Assembly (NCBI GenBank): GCA_950097015.1
Contig: CATNEN010000014.1
Coordinates: forward strand, 2,294,001-2,358,000
Length of the DNA: 64,000 bases
Source of the DNA: Macrostomum hystrix
Lineage: Eukaryota > Animalia > Platyhelminthes
Direction: 5' to 3'
This document shows, in pieces, positions 33,605-45,360 of the stretch; position 1 is the first letter of the stretch, and each line of letters begins with the position of its first letter. Position numbers and translations under genes: made by a program. A model generated the notes under the pieces. It was not told the origin of the DNA. It was given only the letters and a program-made list of their open reading frames with translations, and did not search any database.

Positions 33605-36600
33605 CTTTATCCCATCCTCACAGCATTCCTGATCCCATCCTCATAGAATTCCTGATCCCATCCTCACAGCATTCCTGATCCCATCCTCATAGAATTCCTA
33701 ATCCATTCCTCACAGCATTCCTTATTCCATCCTCACAGAATTCCTGATCCCATCCTCACAGCATTCCTGATCCCATCCTCATAGAATTCCTAATCCAATC
33801 CTCACAGCATTCCTTATTCCATCCTCGCAGAATTCCCGATCCCATCCTCACAGAATTCCTGATCCCATCCTCACAGAATTCCTGATCCCATCCTCACAGA
33901 ATTCCTGATCCCATCCTCACAGAATTCCAGATCCCATCCTCACAGAATTCCCGATCCCATCCTCACAGAATTCCTGATCCCATCCTCATAAAATTCCTGA
34001 TCCCATCCTCACAGCATTACTGATCCCATCCTCACAGCATTCCTAATCCAATCCTCACAGCATTCCTGATCCCATCCTCACAGCATTCCTGATCCCATCC
34101 TCATAGAATTCCTGATCCAATCCTCACAGAATTCCTGATCCCATCCTCACAGAATTCCTGATCCCATCCTCACAGAATTCCCGATCCCATCCTCACAGAA
34201 TTCCTGATCCCATCCTCATAAAATTCCTGATCCCATCCTCACAGCATTACTGATCCCATCCTCACAGCATTCCTGATCCCATCCTCATAAAATTCCTGAT
34301 CCCATCCTCACAGCATTACTGATCCCATCCTCACAGCATTCCTGATCCCATCCTCATAGAATTCCTGATCCAATCCTCACAGCATTCCTGATCCCATCCT
34401 CACAGCATTCCTAATCCAATCCTCACAGCATTCCTGATCCCATCCTCAAAGCATTCCTAATCCAATCCTCACAGCATTCCTGATCCCATCCTCACAGCAT
34501 TCCTGATCCCATCCTCATAGAATTCCTGATCCAATCCTCACAGAATTCCTGATCCCATCCTCACAGAATTCCTGATCCCATCCTCACAGCATTCCTGATC
34601 CCATCCTCACAGAATTCCCGATCCCATCCTCACAGAATTCCTGATCCCATCCTCATAAAATTCCTGATCCCATCCTCACAGCATTACTGATCCCATCCTC
34701 ACAGCATTCCTGATCCCATCCTCACAGCATTCCTAATCCAATCCTCACAGCATTCCTGATCCCATCCTCACAGCATTCCTAATCCAATCCTCACAGCATT
34801 CCTGATCCCATCCTCACAGCATTCCTAATCCAATACTCACAGCATTCCTTATTCCATCCTCACAGCATTCCCGATCCCATCCTCACAGAATTCCTGATCC
34901 AATCCTCACAGCATTCCTTATTCCATCCTCACAGAATTCCTGATCCCATCCTCACAGAATTCCCGATCCCATCCTCACAGAATTCCTGAACCCATCCTCA
35001 CAAAATTCCTGATCCCATCCTCACAAAATTCCTGATCCCATCCTCACAGAATTCCTGATCCCATCCTCACAGCATTCCTGATCCCATCCTCATAGAATTC
35101 CTGATCCAATCCTCACAGCATTCCTGATCCCATCCTCACAGAATTCCTGATCCCATCCTCACAGAATTCCTGATCCCATCCTCACAGCATTCCTGATCCC
35201 ATCCTCACAGCATTCCTGATCCCATACTCACAGCATTCCTTATTCCATCCTCACAGAATTCCTGATCCCATCCTCACAGAATTCCCGATCCCATCCTCAC
35301 AGAATTCCTGATCCCATCCTCATAAAATTCCTGATCCCATCCTCACAGCATTACTGATCCCATCCTCACAGCATTCCTGATCCCATCCTCATAGAATTCC
35401 TGATCCCATCCTCACAGCATTCCTTATCCAATCCTCACAGCATTCCTGATCCCATCCTCACAGCATTCCTAATCCAATCCTCACAGCATTCCTGATCCCA
35501 TCCTCACAGCATTCCTGATCCCATCCTCATAGAATTCCTGATCCAATCCTCACAGAATTCCTGATCCCATCCTCACAGAATTCCTGATCCCATCCTCACA
35601 GAATTCCTGATCCCATCCTCACAGAATTCCCGATCGCATCCTCACAGAATTCCTGATCCCATCCTCATAAAATTCCTGATCCCATCCTCACAGCATTACT
35701 GATCCCATCCTTACAGCATTCCTGATCCCATCCTCATAAAATTCCTGATCCCATCCTCACAGCATTACTGATCCCATCCTCACAGCATTCCTGATCCCAT
35801 CCTCATAGAATTCCTGATCCAATCCTCACAGCATTCCTGATCCCATCCTCACAGCATTCCTAATCCAATCCTCACAGCATTCCTGATCCCATCCTCACAG
35901 CATTCCTAATCCAATCCTCACAGCATTCCTGATCCCATCCTCACAGCATTCCTGATCCCATCCTCATAGAATTCCTGATCCAATCCTCACAGAATTCCTG
36001 ATCCCATCCTCACAGAATTCCTGATCCCATCCTCACAGAATTCCTGATCCCATCCTCACAGAATTCCCGATCCCATCCTCACAGAATTCCTGATCCCATC
36101 CTCATAAAATTCCTGATCCCATCCTCACAGCATTACTTGATCCCATCCTCACAGCATTCCTGATCCCATCCTCATAGAATTCCTGATCCAATCCTCACAG
36201 CATTCCTGATCCCATCCTCACAGCATTCCTAATCCAATCCTCACAGCATTCCTGATCCCATCCTCACAGCATTCCTAATCCAATCCTCACAGCATTCCTG
36301 ATCCCATCCTCACAGCATTCCTAATCCAATACTCACAGCATTCCTTATTCCATCCTCACAGCATTCCCGATCCCATCCTCACAGAATTCCTGATCCAATC
36401 CTCACAGCATTCCTTATTCCATCCTCACAGAATTCCTGATCCCATCCTCACAGAATTCCCGATCCCATCCTCACAGAATTCCTGAACCCATCCTCACAAA
36501 ATTCCTGATCCCATCCTCACAAAATTCCTGATCCCATCCTCACAGAATTCCTGATCCCATCCTCACAGCATTCCTGATCCCATCCTCATAGAATTCCTGA

Positions 36601-37043
36601 TCCAATCCTCACAGCATTCCTGATCCCATCCTCACAGAATTCCTGATCCCATCCTCACAGAATTCCTGATCCCATCCTCACAGAATTCCTGATCCCATCC
36701 TCACAGCATTCCTGATCCCATCCTCACAGCATTCCTGATCCCATACTCACAGCATTCCTTATTCCATCCTCACAGAATTCCTGATCCCATCCTCACAGAA
36801 TTCCTGATCCCATCCTCACAGAATTCCTGATCTCATCCTCACAAAATTCCTGATCCCATCCTCACAGCATTCCTGATCCCATCCTCACAGCATTCCTGAT
36901 CCCATACTCACAGCATTCCTTATTCCATCCTCACAGAATTCCTGATCCCATCCTCACAGAATTCCTGATCCCATCCTCACAGAATTCCTGATCTCATCCT
37001 CACAAAATTCCTGATCCCATCCTCACAGCATTCCTGATCCCAT
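33605..37043. repeat. 3.4-kb 23-bp minisatellite (MATTCCTGATCCCATCCTCACAG), ~150 copies, filling tmod intron 1
   Basis: Directly visible; ends ~12 nt before the acceptor. Confidence 0.97.
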
Positions 37044-37055
37044 CCCGCACTGCAG

Positions 37056-37346
37056 GTCCAGTACTGGGACTCTGTCAAGAACTCCGGCCAGACGCTCGAG
37101 GGCGGCTTTTCCGCCACGGCGAAGTCGGAGCTGATCAAAGCCATGGGTGACGAGCCGCCGAATCCCACGGACGTGAACGACAGCATCAAACGCCTGGAGT
37201 CTGGCGCCTCCGACCTCACCGAGCTGAACCTGAACAACCTGCGCGAGATCTCCGCACAGGACTGGGACCGGCTGTGGTCCGCGCTGGCCAAGAATGACAA
37301 GCTGAAGAAACTGCAGGCTGCCAACTGCGGCCTGACTGACGCCAAG
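37056..37346 (+). CDS. tmod: Tropomodulin, exon 2
   Basis: Acceptor CTGCAG; VQYWDS...EPPNPTDVNDSIKRL...LTELNLNN (start of the LRR); donor AAG|GTGCG; phase 0-0. Confidence 0.93.
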
Positions 37347-37446
37347 GTGCGCCTTTTTGGGATTCTGGCTTTTACAACACCAGTTGGGATTTCCTATTCC
37401 TAGATGGGATTTTCGTATTAGTAGTTTAGATTTCAGATTATTGTTC

Positions 37447-37752
37447 GGGATTTCTGGATTCCTAGTTGGGATTTCTGGATTCCTTTTTGGGATTTCTGGA
37501 TTTCTATTTGGGATTTCTGGATTCCTAGTTGAGATTTCGGGTTCTTAGTTTGGATATCTGGATTCCTTGTTGGGATTTCTGGATTCCTAGTTAGGATTTC
37601 TGGATTCCTATTTGGTATTTCTGGATTCCTTGTTGGGATTTCTGGATTCCTTGTTGGGATTTATGGATTCCTATTTGATATTTCTGGATTCCGAGTTGGG
37701 ATTTTCGGATTCCTTTTTGGGATTTTCGCTGAGGTTTCGTTGGGATTTCAGA
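37447..37752. repeat. ~20-bp degenerate minisatellite (TTGGGATTTCTGGATTCCT) in tmod intron 2
   Basis: Directly visible. Confidence 0.9.
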
Positions 37753-37853
37753 TTTCCAGCTACCATGATTTCTGCTTCTTTATCAAGTCCAACGTGGGCC
37801 AGGAGACAGTGGTGTGTGGATCAGTATGTCAGAGTCTATATTCCAACTCGCAG

Positions 37854-38174
37854 GCCGAAGGTCTTCTCACCGCCCTGGCCAGCAACAAATCTCTGGAGAC
37901 TCTGTGCCTGGACTCCAACATCCTTACCGGTCCCTACTTGGTCAAGTTGTTCTCCGCAATCGGTAGTCAAGGACACATTCGCGAGCTGCGCCTTAGCAAC
38001 CAGCGCCAGAAAGTGCTGGGCGTCCAGACTGAGATGGAAATCCTGCGCCTCCTCAATGACAATGAGTCCCTCATCCGGCTGGGCATTGATCTGCAGGTGG
38101 CCGAGGCCAAGGTGCGCATCCAGGAGCGGGTGCAGCGCAACATGGACAAGGCCACACGTCTGGCCAGGGCCTAG
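37854..38174 (+). CDS. tmod: Tropomodulin, exon 3
   Basis: Acceptor CTCGCAG; ALASNKSLETLCLDSNILTG...LRLSNQRQKVLGVQTEMEI...RNMD; total ~350 aa, typical for Tmod. Confidence 0.93.
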   Translation, partial: AEGLLTALASNKSLETLCLDSNILTGPYLVKLFSAIGSQGHIRELRLSNQRQKVLGVQTEMEILRLLNDNESLIRLGIDLQVAEAKVRIQERVQRNMDKATRLARA

Positions 38175-39375
38175 GCAGCTCGCCTCTGATTGGTCAGTGA
38201 CTTTAACAGATTCGCTCGCTTCTGATTGGTCAGTTGCACTTTTTTTAACTCGTCAAATAATGGGTCTTTGTGATTGACAGCTTTATTGCTGTGCTTGTTC
38301 TTTTTGTTAACCTGCTTAGTTAATTAACCAACTAATATTGAATAGTAGCTGCATAGTTACTATATGCAATATATTTGTAAGTGTAAGTATTGTTTTTTTC
38401 TCAGCCCATTTTCTACCTTTGCTTGCTTTCGCGCACCCAAATCCCCCAATATTTTAGTCTAAACGTGCTCAAACAAGAAAAAATGAGCAATTTATTAACG
38501 GTAGAAGACCACAGGGTATTTCAAATACGAAATAGATAAGAAATCGTGGGTATTTGAGGTAAAGTACGCTGACTTGTGGTGTCATGTACAATGCATGTTT
38601 GCCCCCGCCCCCAATATATCTAATCTAGCTTCTAGAACAATGATTATATGACTTATTACTCATATGAGCACATTTGCTTAGCAACTGATTATTCTGCGAC
38701 CAATCGAATTTCGACTTTTATTAGTTAATAAATTAAAATACGACGCTAATCGATAATCAACTCTAGCCGCTGTTCTGTTTAGTTTCCAAAGCTCCTCATT
38801 GATTATTCATTTATCCCATTTGCTAGATGATCCCAGCTAATATTCACTAATAAAGATTTGCCCGTGTTTTGTATACCTCTGCAAAATAAAGGTTATTATA
38901 TACAAGCCACTCTGGCCTTCAAACACTGTCTATTGTCTTTAAAGCGCAAAATGCTCATAAAGCAGGGAGGGTTGCAAACATACTCAGCAGCAGCTGAGCA
39001 CGTGACCGAATGACGCAGCCGCCCACACAAACTGAGCACCTTTCCTAATCTGTCTTAGGCTAATAAATGCTTTGAGACCTGTTCTCAAGGGCCATTGCTA
39101 TAGTGTGAGTAGCTTCGTAATGTGATTCTCTGCTCATATGAGCAGGGAGGGCCGGGAAATTTCTGCTTGTCAGCCTCTTATAAACCGCCTGAAACGGAAA
39201 ACTTAAAACGCTTGCTGTCTTCGTCAGTTATTTGTGCGTTTTTACCATCATGAGATCTGAGTGTTGCCATTCGGACCATGCTTGAAATACATCTGCTTGT
39301 TTAGTATATTCCTCGTATATTATATGGTTTCATTCTTAAAATTATATCATAACCCCATCCCCGTATGGTCTTATA

Positions 39376-39527
39376 ATCAGATCCCCAAAACCTCCGTATC
39401 CCAATGATCAGATCCCCAAAACCTCCGTATCCCAATGATCAGATCCCCAAAACCTCCGTATCCCAATGATCAGATCCCCAAAACCTCCGTATTCCAATGA
39501 TCAGATGCCCAATCCCTCCGTATCCCA
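39376..39527. repeat. 31-bp tandem repeat, ~5 copies
   Basis: ATCAGATCCCCAAAACCTCCGTATCCCAATG. Confidence 0.92.
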
Positions 39528-40717
39528 GTCACCGTAGATTTGGAGGATTAGTCACCGTATATTTGGAGGATTAGCCACCGTAGATTTGGAGGATTAGTCA
39601 CCGTAGATTTCGAGGATTAGTCACCGTAGATTTCGAGGATTAGCCACCGTAGATTTCGAGGATTAGTCACCGTAGATTTCGAGGATTAGTCACCGTAGAT
39701 TTCGAGGATTAGTCACCGTAGATTTGGAGGATTAGCCACCGTAGATTTGGAGGATTAGCCACCGTAGATTTGGAGGATTAGCCACCGTAGATTTCGAGGA
39801 TTAGTCACCGTAGATTTGGAGGATTAGTCACCGTAGATTTGGAGGATTAGCCACCGTAGATTTCGAGGATTAGTCACCGTAGATTTCGAGGATTAGTCAC
39901 CGTAGATTTCGAGGATTAGTCACCGTAGATTTCGAGGATTAGCCACCGTAGATTTCGAGGATTAGCCACCGTAGATTTGGAGGATTAGCCACCGTAGATT
40001 TCGAGGATTAGTCACCGTAGATTTGGAGGATTAGTCACCGTAGATTTGGAGGATTAGTCACCGTAGATTTCGAGGATTAGCCACCGTAGATTTGGAGGAT
40101 TAGCCACCGTAGATTTGGAGGATTAGCCACCATAGATTTCGAGGATTAGCCACCGTAGATTTGGAGGATTAGCCACCGTAGATTTCGAGGATTAGTCACC
40201 GTAGATTTCGAGGATTAGCCACCGTAGATTTCGAGGATTAGCCACCGTAGATTTGGAGGATTAGTCACCGTAGATTTGGAGGATTAGTCACCGTAGATTT
40301 CGAGGATTAGCCACCGTAGATTTCGAGGATTAGCCACCGTAGATTTGGAGGATTAGCCACCATAGATTTCTAGGATTAGCCACCGTAGATTTCGAGGATT
40401 AGCCACCGTAGATTTCGAGGATTAGCCACCGTAGATTTCGAGGACTAGCCACCGTAGATTTCGAGGATTAGTCACCGTAGATTTCGAGGATTAGTCACCG
40501 TAGATTTCGAGGATTAGTCACCGTAGATTTGGAGGATTAGCCACCGTAGATTTGGAGGATTAGTCACAGTAGATTTGGAGGATTAGTCACCGTAGATTTC
40601 GAGGATTAGCCACCGTAGATTTGGAGGATTAGTCACAGTAGATTTGGAGGATTAGCCACCGTAGATTTGGAGGATTAGTCACCGTAGATTTGGAGGATTA
40701 GTCACCGTAGATTTAGA
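39528..40717. repeat. 23-bp minisatellite (GYCACCGTAGATTTSGAGGATTA), ~52 copies
   Basis: Directly visible. Confidence 0.95.
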
Positions 40718-40828
40718 GGGCTAACCACTGGGGATTTGGATTTGACCCAATGACCCAAAAGCAAGTTAGTTTCACTGTTGCTGGATGATTCGCTCGCTAT
40801 AGCGCCAACCCTTCAGCCAGCGATAAAT

Positions 40829-41630
40829 GTGAACTGAAAGTGCTGAAGGGAATTTAAACAAATCTGGGCTGAAATTGCGGAAGGAAATTTAAACAAATCT
40901 GAACTGAAAGTGCTGAAGGGAATTTAAACAAATCTGAACTGAAAGTGCTGAAGGGAATTTAAACAAATCTGAACTGAAAGTGCTGAAGGGAATTTAAACA
41001 AATCTGAACTGAAACTGCTGAATCGAATTTAAACAAATCTGAACTGAAATTGCTGAAGGGAATTTAAACAAATCTGAACTGAAATTGCTGAAGGGAATTT
41101 AAACAAATTTGAACTGAAATTGCGGAAGGAAATTTAAACAAATCTGAACTGAAAGTGCTGAAGGGAATTTAAACAAATCTGAACTAAAAGTGCTCAAAGG
41201 AATTTAAACAAATCTGAACTGAAAGTGCGGAAGGGAATTTAAACAAATCTGAACTGAAAGTGTTGAAGGGAATTAAAAAAATCTGAACTGAAAGTGCTGA
41301 AGGGAATTTAAATAAATCTGAACTGAAAGTGCTGAAAGGGATTTTAAACAAATCTGAACTGAAACTGCTGAATGGAATTTAAACAAATCTGAACTGAAAT
41401 TGCTGAAGGGAATTTAAACAAATCTGAACTGAAAGTGATGAAGGGAATTTAAACAAATCTGAACTGAAATTGCGGAAGGGAATTTAAACAAATCTGAACT
41501 GAAAGTGATGAAGGGAATTTAAACAAATCTGAACTGAAAGTGCTGAAGGGAATTTAAACAAATCTGAACTGAAAGTTCTGAAGGGAATTTAAACAAATCT
41601 GAACTGAAATTGCTGAAGGGAATTTAAACA
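40829..41630. repeat. 35-bp minisatellite (GAACTGAAAGTGCTGAAGGGAATTTAAACAAATCT), ~23 copies
   Basis: Directly visible. Confidence 0.95.
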
Positions 41631-41807
41631 CATATTGTTTAACTTGTTTAATCCCTTTGTACTGAAACGTGAAATGTGAACACATATGCTTTCAAGCCTA
41701 CTTCCAGTAGGCGCACGGGTCATGCTCGCCATTATTTAGGTCAGTTTATTTCTCAATCCTTGATGTCCAGCTGGCCAGTCCTGATCAGGGAGCCCATCTC
41801 CAGCTCG

Positions 41808-42854
41808 TTAGCGGCAGTCGGGGGAACCCGTCGGCTCCGCTCCGAGCAGGCGGCGCAGCTCCGAGCGAAAGTGATCGCTGAGCGCGCAGACGATGGCGAA
41901 GCTGGCGGCGGTGTCGCAGGTCACCAACAGGTCATTCAGCGGCGCTAGCCAAGCTGGGCAGCCGGCCGTCATGAGCAGCTTCAACGCTACGAGGACGCCT
42001 CCGGGAATCTCTAGCAGGCAGATCTCAGCCGCCAGCACGATCTCCGTGAGCGCCGCTTTGAGCTGACTGCGTGGTTTGGCGATCTGACGATCGGCCCTGA
42101 CGTTCGCGATTGCTGCGGCGTTGGCTGCGGCTGCGGCTGTGTTGGCAGCGGCAATAACTACTACACCGGCCTCGTCGACTGTGGAATCCGCGGCGGCAGC
42201 TGCCGTGTCGGAGTCGGCCCGGACAAATGCGAAAGTCGACAGGGCAAAAGAAAACGAGCTTCTAATCGGGCAGCGGGCTGGGGCTCCGGTGAGGGTGGCA
42301 GCGGCGGAATCATCAGCTTCATCGCCAGGTTGAGCTGCCGAAATGACTTCACAAATTAGAGCCGGAGTGGAGTCTGCGACTTCTGACGCGACTGCTGGAT
42401 TTTTTACTTCGGTGACAGCCGTGGCGGCCGAAGCTGCGGTGGCTGCTGGTGCTAAGGATTCGTCGATGACGCTGGATCTCGCAGCAGCAGCGTTGGCAGC
42501 GGTGTTCCGACGTCGCCGGCCACGGCAGCCGGCTAGTCGAGCCGCGGTGAGACTGCGAGTCAGCAGGATGACAGTCAGCGGCACGTAAGTCTGCAGTGTC
42601 CGCACGGTGGGCAGCTGAATGCTCACCAGAAAGTCCTCCCTGCCATCGGCCAGACGAAGCCGCACCACGTTGAGACCCGAGACGATGGCGGCTGTGGCGA
42701 GCAGCAGGGCCACGAAGATGACTAGCTGAATGCGGCGCGTCAGCCAGCAGCGAAACCGGATCGGCTTGATGACTGACAGGAAGCGGAATCCGCTCAAGCA
42801 GGCAATCCACAGATTCTTCAGAACAGCGCTGAGGGACTCCCAGCAATGTGCTAT
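41808..42854 (-). CDS. Divergent orphan 7TM (rhodopsin-like) receptor, exon 2 (TM3-TM7)
   Basis: Acceptor TTGCAG; ACLSGFRFLSVIKP at the DRY..V..P position; long Ala-rich ICL3; SFAIVCALSDHFRSEL equivalent to the TM7/helix 8 motif. Confidence 0.75.
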   Translation of the reverse strand: MAHCWESLSAVLKNLWIACLSGFRFLSVIKPIRFRCWLTRRIQLVIFVALLLATAAIVSGLNVVRLRLADGREDFLVSIQLPTVRTLQTYVPLTVILLTRSLTAARLAGCRGRRRRNTAANAAAARSSVIDESLAPAATAASAATAVTEVKNPAVASEVADSTPALICEVISAAQPGDEADDSAAATLTGAPARCPIRSSFSFALSTFAFVRADSDTAAAAADSTVDEAGVVVIAAANTAAAAANAAAIANVRADRQIAKPRSQLKAALTEIVLAAEICLLEIPGGVLVALKLLMTAGCPAWLAPLNDLLVTCDTAASFAIVCALSDHFRSELRRLLGAEPTGSPDCR

Positions 42855-42934
42855 CTGCAATTGTTTAAATCTACTCATTAGTCTTATTCATCTGGTCGGC
42901 TTAATTCCCAATGAGTTTCATTGCTCATCAACTT

Positions 42935-43108
42935 TCTTCTGCTCATCAGATTCATTCTGCTCATCAGATTCATTCTGCTCATCAGATTCATTCTGCTCAT
43001 CAGATTCATTCTGCTCATCAGATTCATTCTGCTCATCAGATTCATTCTGCTCATCAGATTCATTCTGCTCATCAGATTCATTCTGCTCATCAGATTCATT
43101 CTGCTCAT
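42935..43108. repeat. 18-bp minisatellite (TTCTGCTCATCAGATTCA), ~10 copies, in the 7TM intron
   Basis: Directly visible. Confidence 0.95.
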
Positions 43109-43403
43109 TGGTCTTATAGCTGTCCGGAGACTCAAATCTCGGAGGACAGAAATCGCCTGCGATGCTGGTCGAGTCAAATGGCAAGCAGGTGAGTTGTGCA
43201 ATTTTTCGCCACGCCCCACCCGCAGTTTCTGTCTGGTGCGGATGCTGGCAGCGCCTCCGGGGTGAAAGGGGTGCAAGACAAAGGTTAGACAGATAATTGA
43301 GCAATAAACACCTGGTCTGTGAGTACCGCACTAGAATTGAGAATAGACACCGTACCATGCTGGGCCAGATGTAATGCCGTTGGCACAGCCGCAGCTTCGG
43401 ATT

Positions 43404-43605
43404 GCTGCGTACAGCTGTTCAGTCCATGGACTGGTTTGGGTGGCCGCCACAAACACGCTGGAAAAGTTTGTCTTTCAGCAAGAAACCTAATTATACTATT
43501 CTGCAGTTCACACAGCTGTTAAATGGGTACCAACATTAGCTGGGGTAATGGAGGGTGGGTTTGGCGTTCCCCCCAGTCCATGGACTGAACAGCCGTACGC
43601 AGCCT
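43404..43605. mobile_element. Two SINE-B-like 3' segments in opposite orientation, forming a 31-bp inverted repeat
   Basis: GCTGCGTACAGCTGTTCAGTCCATGGACTGG (~43405-43435) vs CCAGTCCATGGACTGAACAGCCGTACGCAGC (~43573-43603), 1 mismatch; CAGCTGTTAAATGGGTAC core-like segment between them. Confidence 0.6.
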
Positions 43606-43707
43606 TCAAATGCGCCGCGCGATAGCTGCAGCTGTGCTGCCTGGCCCAGTGCAGGTGTATTCAATTATTTGCTAGTTTTCAGTTCTGTGTGACAGCCTTC
43701 GACTCAC

Positions 43708-44040
43708 ATTGAGCACAGCTTTGAGCTCCGAGTTCTGGCCCGCCTTGGCTGCCAAGTCCAGAGCTGTGAAGCACGTCATGGCGATGCAGAAGTTGATGTG
43801 AGCAATCCTCATGAGGATGAGGCCCACGCTGAATACTCCCCGTTTGAGTCTGTACCTGAGCAGCAGCATAGTGAGTGACAGGCAGCTGAGCAGCAGGCCA
43901 ACCATCGCCATGAGTAGTGTGAGCACTCTGAGTGCCGTGTACAGCTGGCTACTGCTGCTGCTGCCAGCGACTTCTGCGGCTGCGGCATCGGTGATGTTCA
44001 GCAGCAGCCGGTCATGGCTGCGGACAGCTCTCTCGGTCAT
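43708..44040 (-). CDS. Divergent orphan 7TM receptor, exon 1 (TM1-TM2)
   Basis: ATG 44040; N-glycosylation sequon NIT; two hydrophobic helices; donor AAT|GTGAGT; phase 0 matches exon 2. Confidence 0.7.
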
Positions 44041-44282
44041 TCAGTTTTTTGAGACTGCTGAGAATCAGTTTGCTACCTGTATTTATGCAGGCTGCCTGTT
44101 CCACCAAACCAGCGGCATGGGAAATGGGAAATTAATTGTTTTAGCCCTAGCCATCCGGGTCATAAGGTTGCTGACTTGCATTTGACACTTCATTAGCTGC
44201 ACAAAACTAATTCGTAGTTGGCAATTCGAAATTATTCACCCTTTCCACTTGCTCTACTGCAAGTAGCGCCTGCCGCTTGTGA

Positions 44283-44778
44283 GTGAGTAGACTCAAGATG
44301 AGTGAATGGGTTTAGGATGAGTGAGTAGACTCAGGATGAGTGAATAGGTTCAGGATGAGTGAGTAGGTTCAGGATGAGTGAGTAGACTCAGGATGGGTGA
44401 GTAGACTCAGGATGAGTGAGTAGACTCAGGATGAGTGAATAGGTTCAGGATTAGTGAGTAGACTCAGGATGGGTGAGTAGACTCAGGATGAGTGAGTAGA
44501 CTCAGGATGAGTGAGTAGACTCAGGATGAGTGAGTAGGTTCAGGATGGGTGAGTAGACTCAGGATGAGTGAGTAGGTTCAGGATGAGTGAGTAGACTCAG
44601 GATGGGTGAGTAGACTCAGGATGGGTGAGTAGGTTCAGGATGAGTGAGTAGGTTCAGGATGAGTGAGTAGGTTCAGGATGAGTGAGTAGGTTCAGGATGA
44701 GTGAGTAGGTTCAGGATGAGTGAGTAGGTTCAGGATGAGTGAGTAGACTCAGAATGAGTGAGTAGACTCAGAATGAGT
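44283..44778. repeat. 19-bp minisatellite (GATGAGTGAGTAGACTCAG variants)
   Basis: Directly visible. Confidence 0.93.
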
Positions 44779-45104
44779 TTGGTGGATTTAGGATGAGTGG
44801 GTTTGGAATGCTAGTGCTAAACAACAGTTCATTTTAGTGCATTTCACGTGACCTTTTAACTGCATGAAATTTCAAGGCTTTGACAGACTTTTAGGTTGGA
44901 ATTTCAAGGAGCTTGAGAAGTAAATTCGACTTTTTAACATTTAATTGATAAGGCAAGTGATGTGTAGCAAAACATAAAAGTGACGCACAGATGCTGCTGT
45001 AACATGTCACGTTTTCCTTATGTTTTGCTATTAGTATGCTTATATTTTAATCTATTCTTTTTTAATACTATGCTTTTTATATTTTTTTGGTACTTGCTTT
45101 TCGT

Positions 45105-45360
45105 TTTCTGTTATATTCTATTCCATTCCATTCTATTCCATTCTATTCCATTCTATTCCGTTCTATTCCATTCTATTCCACTCTATTCCATTCTATTCCA
45201 TTCTATTTCATTCCATTCCATTCTATTCCATTCTATCCCATTCTATTTCATTCTATTCCATTCTATTCTATTCCATTCTATTCCATTCTATTCCATTCTG
45301 TTATATTCCATTATATTCCATTCTATTCCATTCCATTCTATTCCATTCTATTCTATTCTA
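45105..45360. repeat. (TTCCA/TTCTA)n pentanucleotide microsatellite
   Basis: Directly visible. Confidence 0.95.
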
